A stretch of DNA of 64,000 nt from IMG/VR virus record IMGVR_UViG_3300010938_000009, positions 32,001 through 96,000 of that record. One strand, 5' to 3'. The stretch is from a virus. Both the position numbers and the translations under genes were made by a program. The notes below the pieces were generated by a model. That model had not been told where the DNA came from, ran no database searches, and saw only the letters and a list, made by a program, of their open reading frames with translations. Shown here one piece after another: positions 30,392-40,714 of this stretch. Within the stretch, counting starts at the first letter, position 1; every line of letters begins with the position of its first letter.

Positions 30392-30484
30392 AGGAAGTCA
30401 ATCGTTAGTTTTACCTATAATACCTATAAGTAATGTTATTACTATTAAAGTTAACATAGTTTTCTCTCCCAATGGTTTTCTATT

Positions 30485-30892
30485 TTATCTATTATAAGAG
30501 TTTCTAATAGTTAGAATACTAGAAAATATTATTTTGTTGCGACATTTTTGAGTAGCTTTTTTTCTTATAATATTTATCATATTCTTTTTGTATTTTTTTC
30601 CAGGTTTATTACAATTTTTATAAGTTTGTAAGTTACAATATTTTAATTGAATTGACTTTTCTCCTAAAAATACATATAAACCTAATACGTTAGTAAAAGA
30701 TTTTAAACCATAAGTATTAAATTCATTTGTTAAACTTTTATCTTTTTTTTCTATCTCTATATCTCTCTGTACTTTATATCTAGGATTTTTAATAGCTATA
30801 TAAGTTACTAGAGTTTTAGCCACTTTTTCTTCAACAGTAACAGGAAGCTCATATAGCTCTTTAAATAAATCTAGGTTAATTTTAGAGAACAT
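30485..30892 (-). CDS. Hypothetical protein
   Basis: ORF track. Confidence 0.45.
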   Translation of the reverse strand: MFSKINLDLFKELYELPVTVEEKVAKTLVTYIAIKNPRYKVQRDIEIEKKDKSLTNEFNTYGLKSFTNVLGLYVFLGEKSIQLKYCNLQTYKNCNKPGKKYKKNMINIIRKKATQKCRNKIIFSSILTIRNSYNR

Positions 30893-30893
30893 T

Positions 30894-33290
30894 TTACTTC
30901 CTTTTCTGCACTTCTACTTTAGTTTTAGCTCCCCAATCATACTGCACTTTACAGTTAGGTAATAAAGCCCATAATACAGGGTATTTAGGTTTTTTTAGCT
31001 CATTACCTTCAAAGTTCATACCATCAGTAAAGTAAATTAAACCGTCTATTTCTAAGTCTTTACACTTATCAAATACAGGTTTAAATGCAGTACCACCTCT
31101 ACCTTTAAACTCAAACTTATGTTTAGGATCAAATTCTCCTATCCATTGAATTTTAGCATCACAAGCTATTAAAGTAATTTTAACGTCATCTCTATGTATT
31201 CTATCTACTTCCGCCATAAATTGATTTAAACACTCTGTATCAACTGAACCTGATTCGTCAATAGCTACTGCTAAGTGTAGTTTAGGATAAACTTTAGTTC
31301 CTGGAAAAATAATACCATAACGTCTATTTCTAGCTTTTCTTGAGGACTCAATAACTATTTCTGCTGTTTTAGCTACAAACCTTTGTAAGTCTTGTTTCCA
31401 GTTTTTAGGTTTATAATTAAGCCTATTAATAGCTTCAAGTATATCTCCAGGTAAATTACCTATACCGCCACTTTGTTCTACAGATTTATTAATTATAGAC
31501 TTTACCTTTTCAGTAACATATTCTTCATCGGGATTACCTTCAGCCCATAAACTATGATCATCAATTATTATAACTCCTTGTCCACCGCTTTGATTACCAT
31601 CTTTACTTTCTTCTTGCTTAAGAAATTCATAGTAATATTCCATATTTTGCCTATGTTCTATTCTAGGTATTTCTTTCTTTAAGTCTTCTACTAAACAAGG
31701 TCTACCTTCCATTGGTTTACCTGCATCTAGACTAGGATTAGGTATTTTATTACCATCTTTATCCATTATTTCAGTAGGATGACGCATTACATTACCTTCT
31801 TTATCAAACATTTGTAGTTTTTTAGGTAAATTAGGTAAATATTCATTAATAGCATAATCTGCGGCTCTGTTTAATCTATTAGCATCAAACATACTTTTAA
31901 TTTTATCAATTAAAGGTTTATCTTTTTCTAACATATTAGGTTCAAGGAAATTAAACCTGTGAAAGTGATTCATCATTACATGATAACAATTGTGTACAAG
32001 AGTTTTATTTGCAAAAAAATTATGATTATCAGCTACAGTAATATCATACAATTGTGATCTTACAAACTTTTTATTTTTTACAGAAATTATCTTTTTTGCT
32101 GAAAATTCTAAAAAGTTTGTATTAAGTTTTTTAGAATTTAATTTATTATAATATTTTTCAGAAATTTTATATTTCATGCTATTATGAATATAAGGTGCTA
32201 TTAAAGCAAATAATTTATTTGTAGCTTCTTTTTTTAATTTAATATTAAATAAATGTGGTTTTCCAGATCTTTGTTTAATTTCTGATCTTAAACCAAATTT
32301 ATTTTTTAAAGTTTTTACAATAAGTTTTTGTTCTTCCAAAGAAAAACCTTCCGTATGAAAAAAAGAAGAACCATAATTATTCCAACTTCCATCATCCATA
32401 AACCAAAAAGCTAAAGCTACAGTATCTAAATTTTTCATTAAAAACTTAATATTTTTTTTGTTTTTAATATAAACTAATTCTCTTAGTTTTTTTGTTTGCT
32501 CATTAGTGCCATGATTGATCCTTAAATTAGAGTATTCATTTTTATAATCGCTCCAACTATTTACAATTTTTCCACCTAATATAGAATGTTTATATTCTAT
32601 ATAATCTTTATGAATTTTGCTTCCAGTAGAAGAAAATTGACCTGTAGAATTAATACAAGAATCTCCCAATAAACAACCGATAATTACACTTAATTGATCT
32701 TTATTGAATAAAGGTCTTTCTTTGTTTCTTTGTCTATCTATATCTATTTTTCTAATACTATATAAATTTTTAGCTTTTTCCGCTTCAATATACTCTATTT
32801 TTGGATTAAATATATCTCTAGTTACAGCTATTTTATGATCATTCGTACAAACTACTGAAGAGTATAAATAAGGACTTTTAGCATATTTCAAACTTACCCA
32901 TCGTTTATTAGGATAATCTTTAATAGGTTTTTTAGAATAACCTATTACTGGTTTATATTCTAATTTTCCTTTTTTAGATAAAGATAGAACATTTACTTTA
33001 AGTTTATTTTCTACTATTTCTCCAATAGTAATATCTCCTTTATCTGTTTTTACTAATACGTTTTTAGCTACACATTCATGCTTTAAAACGTCTACTTGCT
33101 CTGTTAATGACATACTTTTCCAAAAGAAAGGGTTAACATACAGATTTACATTATCTGTAACATTAACTCCCAAAGTTGGTACATCAGTAGTATAAGTTCT
33201 AGTCATATTTAATATTAAATTAGCAAAAAAGGGTTCTTTTTTAATTAACTCTGTTATCGCTACTTCTATTAAATTTGCATGGTTACTCAT
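30894..33290 (-). CDS. Metallopeptidase-VWA (DUF2201-type) protein, intein-containing
   Basis: HE|CYH after splicing, N.AAD.AIN, DDH..W, VAIDESGS, GRGGT.F, YFTDG. Confidence 0.88.
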   Translation of the reverse strand: MSNHANLIEVAITELIKKEPFFANLILNMTRTYTTDVPTLGVNVTDNVNLYVNPFFWKSMSLTEQVDVLKHECVAKNVLVKTDKGDITIGEIVENKLKVNVLSLSKKGKLEYKPVIGYSKKPIKDYPNKRWVSLKYAKSPYLYSSVVCTNDHKIAVTRDIFNPKIEYIEAEKAKNLYSIRKIDIDRQRNKERPLFNKDQLSVIIGCLLGDSCINSTGQFSSTGSKIHKDYIEYKHSILGGKIVNSWSDYKNEYSNLRINHGTNEQTKKLRELVYIKNKKNIKFLMKNLDTVALAFWFMDDGSWNNYGSSFFHTEGFSLEEQKLIVKTLKNKFGLRSEIKQRSGKPHLFNIKLKKEATNKLFALIAPYIHNSMKYKISEKYYNKLNSKKLNTNFLEFSAKKIISVKNKKFVRSQLYDITVADNHNFFANKTLVHNCYHVMMNHFHRFNFLEPNMLEKDKPLIDKIKSMFDANRLNRAADYAINEYLPNLPKKLQMFDKEGNVMRHPTEIMDKDGNKIPNPSLDAGKPMEGRPCLVEDLKKEIPRIEHRQNMEYYYEFLKQEESKDGNQSGGQGVIIIDDHSLWAEGNPDEEYVTEKVKSIINKSVEQSGGIGNLPGDILEAINRLNYKPKNWKQDLQRFVAKTAEIVIESSRKARNRRYGIIFPGTKVYPKLHLAVAIDESGSVDTECLNQFMAEVDRIHRDDVKITLIACDAKIQWIGEFDPKHKFEFKGRGGTAFKPVFDKCKDLEIDGLIYFTDGMNFEGNELKKPKYPVLWALLPNCKVQYDWGAKTKVEVQKRK
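31989..33074 (-). mobile_element. Intein (362 aa) with LAGLIDADG endonuclease, inserted in the HExxH motif
   Basis: LKHE|CVAKN...CTNDHK...GCLLGDS...WFMDDG...LYDITV.DNHNFFA..TLVHN|CYH. Confidence 0.9.
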
Positions 33291-33293
33291 AAA

Positions 33294-34388
33294 TTAAGTC
33301 TTTCCTCTAGCCTTTTTAATAATTTCTATAATTTCTTTATCAGCTTGGAACATTTCTCTACAATTTTCTAAGATGTATAACTCATGAAGTATGTTAAAAC
33401 ATAACTCTCTTGGAATAGTTTTAACAAAACCGATAATATTTTCTTCTTCTTTTTTAGTTAATTTCTTGTTACTTTTTCTTGACTTAAGGTTATCCATTAA
33501 GTCATCACAAGTATATTTAAGTAAATCAATTCTACCACCTGTTTCAGAATTAGAATACTTTTCAAGTCTTTCTTTAAAGTCTGGAAAGTTTTTGATAATA
33601 TCATTAGCTGAAATAGGTTTATCTTTATTTTTAAGTGAAGACATAAAAGCCACTGTAGCTTCATGTCCTATTAGACCATAACATAGTTCTTGTAATAAAG
33701 GTAGTGGAGTTTTAGCGGCGATTAGTCTGTTAACGCTGTCCCAACTACGTCTACTAGGTTTAACTTCTTCTAATGTAAATTCTTCTAGTTTACTTTGAAG
33801 TAATTCAGGTTGATCTACAATAAAGTTAATTACTTCTTTAGAAAAGTTAGTGTTTTTAGCATACTCTATCCACTCTTGTACTGATGGGGATAGTTTAATA
33901 TGACAAAACCTATCCATTAAAGCTTTATCTGACACATCTGTTACTATATAATCTTCTGTATTTGGATTTTGGGCGGCGATAACATATACATTTTCAGGTA
34001 ATGTAATAGTATGCATTTTTCTATCCAACACTAGTTGAAATACCGCTTGCAATACGTCTCTTCTAGCTCTGTTAAATTCATCTAGAAAAATAATACCATA
34101 TTTCTTAGGGTTTTTATTAGCCCAATCAATTAGCTCTGTTAGCCATTTTGGAGTCATAAAAACTGTAGTTGTTTTATTGCCTGACTTATCTGTACCAAAA
34201 TCAGGTAGACCTAATAAATCTCCTACATCTTGTGTACCTAGTCTTAGGTCAACAAATTTATGTCCACCTTCCTCTGCAAACTGCTTTACAGCTTGTGATT
34301 TACCTATTCCATGATGTCCAATTACCAATGGCGCAATATTTGACTGAAACAAATAAGGTAATGCCTCTTTGAATGTACTAATAAACAT
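33294..34388 (-). CDS. MoxR/AAA_5-type ATPase
   Basis: GHHGIGKS, DLRL, D..GLP, FLDEFNRA, AAQNP, ALMDRF, SRRSW. Confidence 0.9.
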   Translation of the reverse strand: MFISTFKEALPYLFQSNIAPLVIGHHGIGKSQAVKQFAEEGGHKFVDLRLGTQDVGDLLGLPDFGTDKSGNKTTTVFMTPKWLTELIDWANKNPKKYGIIFLDEFNRARRDVLQAVFQLVLDRKMHTITLPENVYVIAAQNPNTEDYIVTDVSDKALMDRFCHIKLSPSVQEWIEYAKNTNFSKEVINFIVDQPELLQSKLEEFTLEEVKPSRRSWDSVNRLIAAKTPLPLLQELCYGLIGHEATVAFMSSLKNKDKPISANDIIKNFPDFKERLEKYSNSETGGRIDLLKYTCDDLMDNLKSRKSNKKLTKKEEENIIGFVKTIPRELCFNILHELYILENCREMFQADKEIIEIIKKARGKT

Positions 34389-34456
34389 AATTTTCTCTCC
34401 TTTATTTAGTCTTATTTAAAAATTTAAATCTAAGTTAAGTAGTCTAGTTCGATTAT

Positions 34457-35809
34457 CTATTTTCCTATTAATTTAATTAAAGTTTTACTTAATTTTTTAA
34501 TTGTTGATTTTTTAAAAACTATTTTATTTTCAAAATTAAAGTGATTTAAACCTACATATTCTTGGTCATTAAAAATATAATGTTCTACCGATAGTTTATC
34601 ATTGATTTTATATTTTTTCAAAACTTTTATTTGTTCTTGCTCCATTTTAGCCTTTCTTAAAAAATTATTATTTGTTCATAATTTATAGGTAATACTATAA
34701 AACCTTCTATAATCTGATTATTATAGATTATTCCATAAGTTTCATTTATATAATATTTTCTACATTTAGTTTTACCTATAACAAATAAAGGTTTAATTTC
34801 TGCAATAGGAGGTATTTCTGAATCTTTTAAAAACCTTCTTTTACTTAGATCTGTGTTATTAATATATTCTTCAAATTTAACTTTTTTCTTTTTTATGAAA
34901 AATTCTTTTATCGTTTTTAGCATTTTTAATCTCTTCATTTTTATTCCTTGATTTAAAATAATCTTCTTTTTCTTTACGTTTCATTTCCTGATAATACTTC
35001 ATAACTTTTTCATCAGCTTTACCTCTTTTAAGAGTTTCTTCCACCTCTTTTATAGCCAGTGCCGCCATTTGTTTGCTAGGATATAATCCACAAATAGTAC
35101 CTTTATTATCTACTAAAACGTACCATTTTCCTGTAGCTTTTAAATTATACTCCGGATATTCTGTACTCCACTCACCTCTTTCTTGAATAACTAATTCTAA
35201 TTTACTCATATAACTCCTTTTATAAGTATAGATTTTTTACTAAATCTTTATTATCTACTCTAACGCATAACTGTTCTATTTTAGTTTCATAATATCTTGC
35301 TAACTCTTTTGTTTTTACTTTAACTAGATCATAAAGATAACCTTCTTGTTTACCTCTAATTGGTAATGTTACATCTATTACTTGTAAGTAACAATTTTTA
35401 TCTGATCTATAAAACATATCTCCAACTTTATATTTAGGTTTTCTTTTTTTAATATTCATATTTCTAATCCTTCCTGTTCTAAAGTTAACATTAGATTATC
35501 TAATTGATCTTTTAATTTTATATATTCATCATGTTCAGCTTCAATCATTTGATATTCTATTTCTTCAAGTATATTAAATAATTCTATTTCTTTCATATAT
35601 ACCTTTCAATGTATTAACTGACTTTTAATATATTGTTCATATATCATTTTTAATTGTTCATCATCCATATTTAATAAGTCTTCTAAAGCTTTATTTTGTG
35701 CGTATTCTAATAAATCTTCTTTATCCCAAAATTCCATATTTTCTATCAATGTTTCAATCATATCATTTTTTTGTTTGTCTGTTAGTTTCATTGTTTGCCT
35801 TTGGTGCAA
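34457..35809 (-). CDS. Cluster of small hypothetical ORFs (34457-34645, 34657-34938, 34877-35209, 35220-35459, 35606-35809)
   Basis: ORF track; co-oriented, several with Shine-Dalgarno sites. Confidence 0.5.
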
Positions 35810-36479
35810 GTTTTATATTAAATATTGTTTTAGCTAATTTTCCTGTATATATAGCCGTAGCCTGACTAGTACCTTCCCAACATACATTATAAAAACAAGA
35901 TTTACCTATTTCATAGGTATGAACAATTATACCGTAATTACTTTTTTCATGTAAGGTATTATTATTTTTTAAATTACCTACTACAATAAGATTTTTAATA
36001 TTAGTGTAACAAGCAGGATATACGTCACAAGTTTTTGTTGTAAGGTTTTTACTATCATTTCCAGCACTTACTACAACTTTTATACCTAAATCACTAGCTT
36101 TTGATATAACAAAATATTCTTTAGTTATAAATTTCTTTCCAGATAATGATATATTAAGTAAATCTACTTTATTTATAATAGCTTTATCTACTGCTTTGTA
36201 AACTGTGCTAACGTCTTTTATATTATATTTATATATAACCAAACAATAATCTATTGTACCAAGATTTTCTACAATTGTCAAAGCTATATTTGTGCCATGT
36301 CCGTTAAAATCTCTACCAATCCCTTTTTTATTAGTTTCAAAGTCATAATGCCCTTTAGAGCAAAGTTTTATATTGCCTAATTTAGTTAAATCTAATCCAG
36401 TGTCAATTATCCCAATTTTTACTTGGGCGGCATAAACCAAATTTATGTTCAATATAAGTAATATTAATAATTTTAACAT
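35763..36479 (-). CDS. Subtilisin-like S8 serine protease with signal peptide
   Basis: IIDTG, GHGT, SAGND, YPA, SNYG, GTSQAT catalytic triad motifs. Confidence 0.85.
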   Translation of the reverse strand: MLKLLILLILNINLVYAAQVKIGIIDTGLDLTKLGNIKLCSKGHYDFETNKKGIGRDFNGHGTNIALTIVENLGTIDYCLVIYKYNIKDVSTVYKAVDKAIINKVDLLNISLSGKKFITKEYFVISKASDLGIKVVVSAGNDSKNLTTKTCDVYPACYTNIKNLIVVGNLKNNNTLHEKSNYGIIVHTYEIGKSCFYNVCWEGTSQATAIYTGKLAKTIFNIKLAPKANNETNRQTKK

Positions 36480-37773
36480 TATTTATCCTTTCTAACGTCT
36501 TTATCATCTTTATATAATAAAGTAGCTGTTTCTAAGTCAACTTTAGAACAAAACCTATTAACAAAACTAGCTGTTAAGTGTAAACATTCGTCATTTTCTT
36601 CTTTTCTAACAAATACTACGTCATTTAAGGTATTTATAACAAAATATATCTCTTTAGTTCCTACGTCTATTATATAGTCGTTCTTTTTAAATTTACACGC
36701 CATAAATTAATTCCAACTCTTCGTTTTTATAAGAATCTATAACTTTTTGAATTTCATTATTTAAAGTATCTTTTTCTTTTATTAAACTGTTTAATTCTTC
36801 TTGGTAAGAGTTAACTTTAGTTTTTAATTCATTTGTTTGATTATTATAAGCAACTATTTTAGCTTTAAAAAGATCACAAGCTTGTTGATGACTCGCAATC
36901 GCATCATCAATAGCTTTGAAATGATTTGTTCTAATACCTTCTTTTTTAAGGTTTTTTAATAATATTATATTACTGCTTTTATTATAATATTTCTCAGGGT
37001 TAAAATAAGTAATTTTAACTAATTTTTCAGGATTAAATATAATTTCAACAGTAGGACTAACAGAAATATAAAATTTAGATAGTTTTTCAACTTTAACTTT
37101 ATCATTTGTTCTACTTTTTATAGAATTTAATTCCAAATTAGCAGTTTCTAAACTATTATAAACTTTAACTTTATAAAGATTAGATTTCTGTGGAGTCATA
37201 AACATTACTTTAGTACCATAACCTTTGTATAATAAAGTTTTGCCTTGACTCTTTTTAGTTATAACATAATAGTTATTAAAATCATAATAGTTCACTTCAA
37301 ATTTAAAACTCATTGTATAGTCCTTTCTTCATACAGATAATCTAATTTTTCTGGATGTATTTCTAATTCTTTTTTAGCTTTAAACTTTTCTCGGTCAATA
37401 TCTTGATAAAACTTATAAGTTTCAATGTAGCCTGTATTTTTATCTCTAATGTATAATACAAACTTTTTAGTCATGTTTAATCACATGAGTTACTACACCA
37501 CCATTGTGTAATATAATCCTTTCCTATTTTCTTATAACTACTATATCCATAAAATCCGTATCCTGATGGATGTCTGTTACATTGTAATTGGATTAGCCTA
37601 GCTTTTTCTACATCAATAGGCATATCAGATACCACAGTAAAAATCCATTCTCCGTAACCTTTTGTTGGTTTAAATGTCATATCTAAATGTGATATACCGT
37701 AAAGATTCACAATATTTGGATCTAATTTTTCTAATTGGTTTACCATAACCTTCCTTTTAAAGGAGTTTATCAC
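36479..37773 (-). CDS. Hypothetical ORFs (36479-36703, 36693-37313, 37310-37474 found manually, 37477-37773)
   Basis: ORF track plus manual translation MTKKFVLYIRDK...KLDYLYEERTIQ. Confidence 0.5.
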
Positions 37774-37792
37774 AACTAAAAACTATTGTCAA
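37764..37792 (-). promoter_or_regulatory. Sigma70 promoter with extended -10
   Basis: TTGACA-17 nt-TAAACT with TG at -15/-14, downstream of a very AT-rich tract. Confidence 0.65.
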
Positions 37793-37938
37793 CCACAAAC
37801 TTTCTTTTTATTTTTAATTTTTCTTTTATTATTCAATAAACTAATTATCATATAAGTATTATTATAATATAAGTATATTATAGTATACTAATTAATATAA
37901 TTATTTATTATAATTATATTAATTTATTATAATACTAT

Positions 37939-38340
37939 CTAGTTACTACCTAAGTCTTTGTTAATTGATAGTTTAATATAATCTTTATCTAAATCAGTTA
38001 GGTTATATAACTTTTGTACTATTTCTAGTGTTATATCTGTTAACATATCTACGTCTATAACATTAATGTAATAACTAGAATTAACTAATTCTATTATAGC
38101 TTTTTTGTATTTCTCTATATCATTAACAGTCATAACCTTAGTTATAATGATATCCTCTTTTTTTATCTTTAAAACATCTAATAACTTATTAAGATATACT
38201 TCACTAACTTGATTAGGACTATTCAACATTCTACTTAAACTACTTTGGGCGACTCCCATTAGTTGAGCTACTTTTGACACATTACTGTGTTTATCAATTA
38301 GCCGTCTTAGTTCTTTTTTAAACTCTTTAACATTATCCAT
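37939..38340 (-). CDS. XRE/Cro-type HTH regulator
   Basis: VSKVAQLMGVAQSSLSRMLN. Confidence 0.75.
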   Translation of the reverse strand: MDNVKEFKKELRRLIDKHSNVSKVAQLMGVAQSSLSRMLNSPNQVSEVYLNKLLDVLKIKKEDIIITKVMTVNDIEKYKKAIIELVNSSYYINVIDVDMLTDITLEIVQKLYNLTDLDKDYIKLSINKDLGSN

Positions 38341-38352
38341 ATTATTTCCTTT

Positions 38353-39266
38353 CTATATTCCCCAGAAACTATCATCATCATTATCATAGATACTAATAAA
38401 GGCATTATCCTCAACGTCTAAGTCTGTTAAGGTATCGTTATCCAACTCTTTATCGTCAATCATAATACCTTCTAATTCATCTAATGCCTTGCTTAAATGA
38501 TAATACAAATGATCATACTTAGTAGTATTATCAGATTCACTTTTAGTCTTAATAATACTAGAAATTTCATATAGTTTACTTCTAATTTCTCTATTATTCA
38601 TATTATTCTCCTTTTAAAGCTTTCAAATTCATAGTTAAACACCAAATATTAAAAGCGGCTAATATTACACTTGCTAAACTAAGATTTGTATTTCCTAAAC
38701 TAAACATAACCATGGCAGTAAAGCTACAAAAGCCTATTGCTATACAATTACATACTATTAAAAACTTTAACATAAAAATGTCCTTTCTATTTATCACATT
38801 TATTTTCACAGCCTGAACAATTAGAACAAGATTTACTAGCTAGTTCTAGCTCTATATCATCCAATGCCCGTCTTAATTGTTCAAAAGGCGACTCTTCTAT
38901 AGTACCGTCATGATAATTATCAAGAGCCTTTTGAAATCCCATATTAGCCACATATTCTAATGTTTGTTCATTTTCATCTACTTCTTTAGTTTCCTTTTTT
39001 GTTTTTTTCTTAACCATATATTATCCTCTCTATTTTAGAACTCTGAAACCTTTTCTATAGGTTATACTATTATTATTTTTATTTAACCACTCATTTAAGT
39101 AATTAGTTATTTTATTAGTTAAGTCTATCATTTCAGGAGTTAATGCTTTGTTTTGTAAAGTTTTTAACATTTCTAAACTATCTATAACCTTTTTATGATA
39201 TAATGATTTATTTTTTATGTTTTGATGCAATTCTAGTAATTCAATTAATAATTCTGATCTATTCAT
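38353..39266 (-). CDS. Four small hypothetical ORFs
   Basis: ORF track; AGGA Shine-Dalgarno sites. Confidence 0.5.
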
Positions 39267-39280
39267 ATAATTTCCTTTCC

Positions 39281-39784
39281 TTATAATTCTGTTACACTAT
39301 TAAGATATACAGTAACATAACTACCTGAAATTAGTTGCTGTATTTCTAACTCTACTACTAACTTATTAGAACTATTAAAACTAAATTTAAACTTATGCCT
39401 ATAAGTACCTGTATTTACTAATTGTACTCCATTACTAGCTTGACCACTAATATTACCTACGAATACACTAGCATTACTCCCTGTTAATACAGCTAATGGA
39501 GTAATTACAACATTATCAAGTATATCTAAATCAACTAATGCGCCAATAGTTATAGTAGCTAAACTATTATTACTATTAGGATAAACTAATGAATTACTAA
39601 TAGTAGCTATTTGATTATTGTAGTCGTTATATAATTCAACTATACCTCCATTAGGCATATAGTATCTACCTTCAAAGTCTTCACTAGATAATACTTCAAT
39701 AGTCCTTTCAGTATCTTTTCCTTTGGTTTCGACTATATTGTCTTTACAACCTATTAATATGAATAATACTAATAATTTAAACAT
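39281..39784 (-). CDS. Putative lipoprotein
   Basis: MFKLLVLFILIG-C lipobox-like signal. Confidence 0.55.
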   Translation of the reverse strand: MFKLLVLFILIGCKDNIVETKGKDTERTIEVLSSEDFEGRYYMPNGGIVELYNDYNNQIATISNSLVYPNSNNSLATITIGALVDLDILDNVVITPLAVLTGSNASVFVGNISGQASNGVQLVNTGTYRHKFKFSFNSSNKLVVELEIQQLISGSYVTVYLNSVTEL

Positions 39785-40011
39785 AATTACTTCCTTTCTT
39801 TATCATTAATTAAAAATATACCTAATGCTTGATAAAATAGTATTCCACTCATTACACTAATTAATACAACTATAACAAATATGCTAATAATTTTATCCCA
39901 TTCCCATTCTAACATTGGCTACTCCTTTCTTTTATTTCATTTTTAATTGTGTTTTAGTTTCACAACTATATGTAATATTTTCAATTTTTATTAATTTTTT
40001 TAAATAATTAT

Positions 40012-40656
40012 TCATTCTACTTCATTCCAAGTAGTATTATCATAATTCTTTGTTCCATGGTAAACTAATCCTACTTTATGATTATCAGTCAAAGCTAGGT
40101 TATCGTCTTTACTAGCGTCAATATAACCTTGCTCTATTAGTTGCTCTAAACTCTCAAATACTCTGCTATGGCGCTCATTTTCTGCCTTAATTAAATTGTC
40201 TTGTTTACCGCCATAACTGTATATGTAGTTAAAATTTACGGGCATAAGTCCCCTATTTTCAAAGTCTTTAAAAACCTTAACCATTTTAGTATAAGCATAA
40301 AATTGAGTACTAGGATTAAGTCTCATTATTTCTAACCATTTACTTAAATATACAGGACTATAGAAATCACCACTATCATGTATTCTAACCCTTAAAACTT
40401 TACGTCTTTTAATCTCACTATCAATTACTTGTACAAATGAGTCACTTAGAGTCAATTGTAACCTTTCCTCAAATGCCCTAGCTACATTACTAAATCTATA
40501 TGTACCCATTGTAGCATAACAACCTTTCACGCATTTATCAGCCATAGGACAGGTAACTAGTCCAGTATTAGACTTATATGCTGGAATACCAAAGTTATAA
40601 GTTTTAATACCACTCATAGACTTAATCTTACTATTTTGAGTTAAGTAATTTTTCAT
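40012..40656 (-). CDS. Gp88-like protein
   Basis: NSK, TCP.A..C.K.CYA, RIHDSGDFYS, FYAYTK. Confidence 0.8.
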   Translation of the reverse strand: MKNYLTQNSKIKSMSGIKTYNFGIPAYKSNTGLVTCPMADKCVKGCYATMGTYRFSNVARAFEERLQLTLSDSFVQVIDSEIKRRKVLRVRIHDSGDFYSPVYLSKWLEIMRLNPSTQFYAYTKMVKVFKDFENRGLMPVNFNYIYSYGGKQDNLIKAENERHSRVFESLEQLIEQGYIDASKDDNLALTDNHKVGLVYHGTKNYDNTTWNEVE

Positions 40657-40714
40657 TTTAAACTCCTTTACAATCTAATTATGACTATAACCTAATTTAT
40701 CACAATAGGTATTA

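Noticed and set aside
37800-37938. Extremely AT-rich tract as a repeat array
   Set aside because: Low complexity without a definable unit; treated as a promoter-upstream region.
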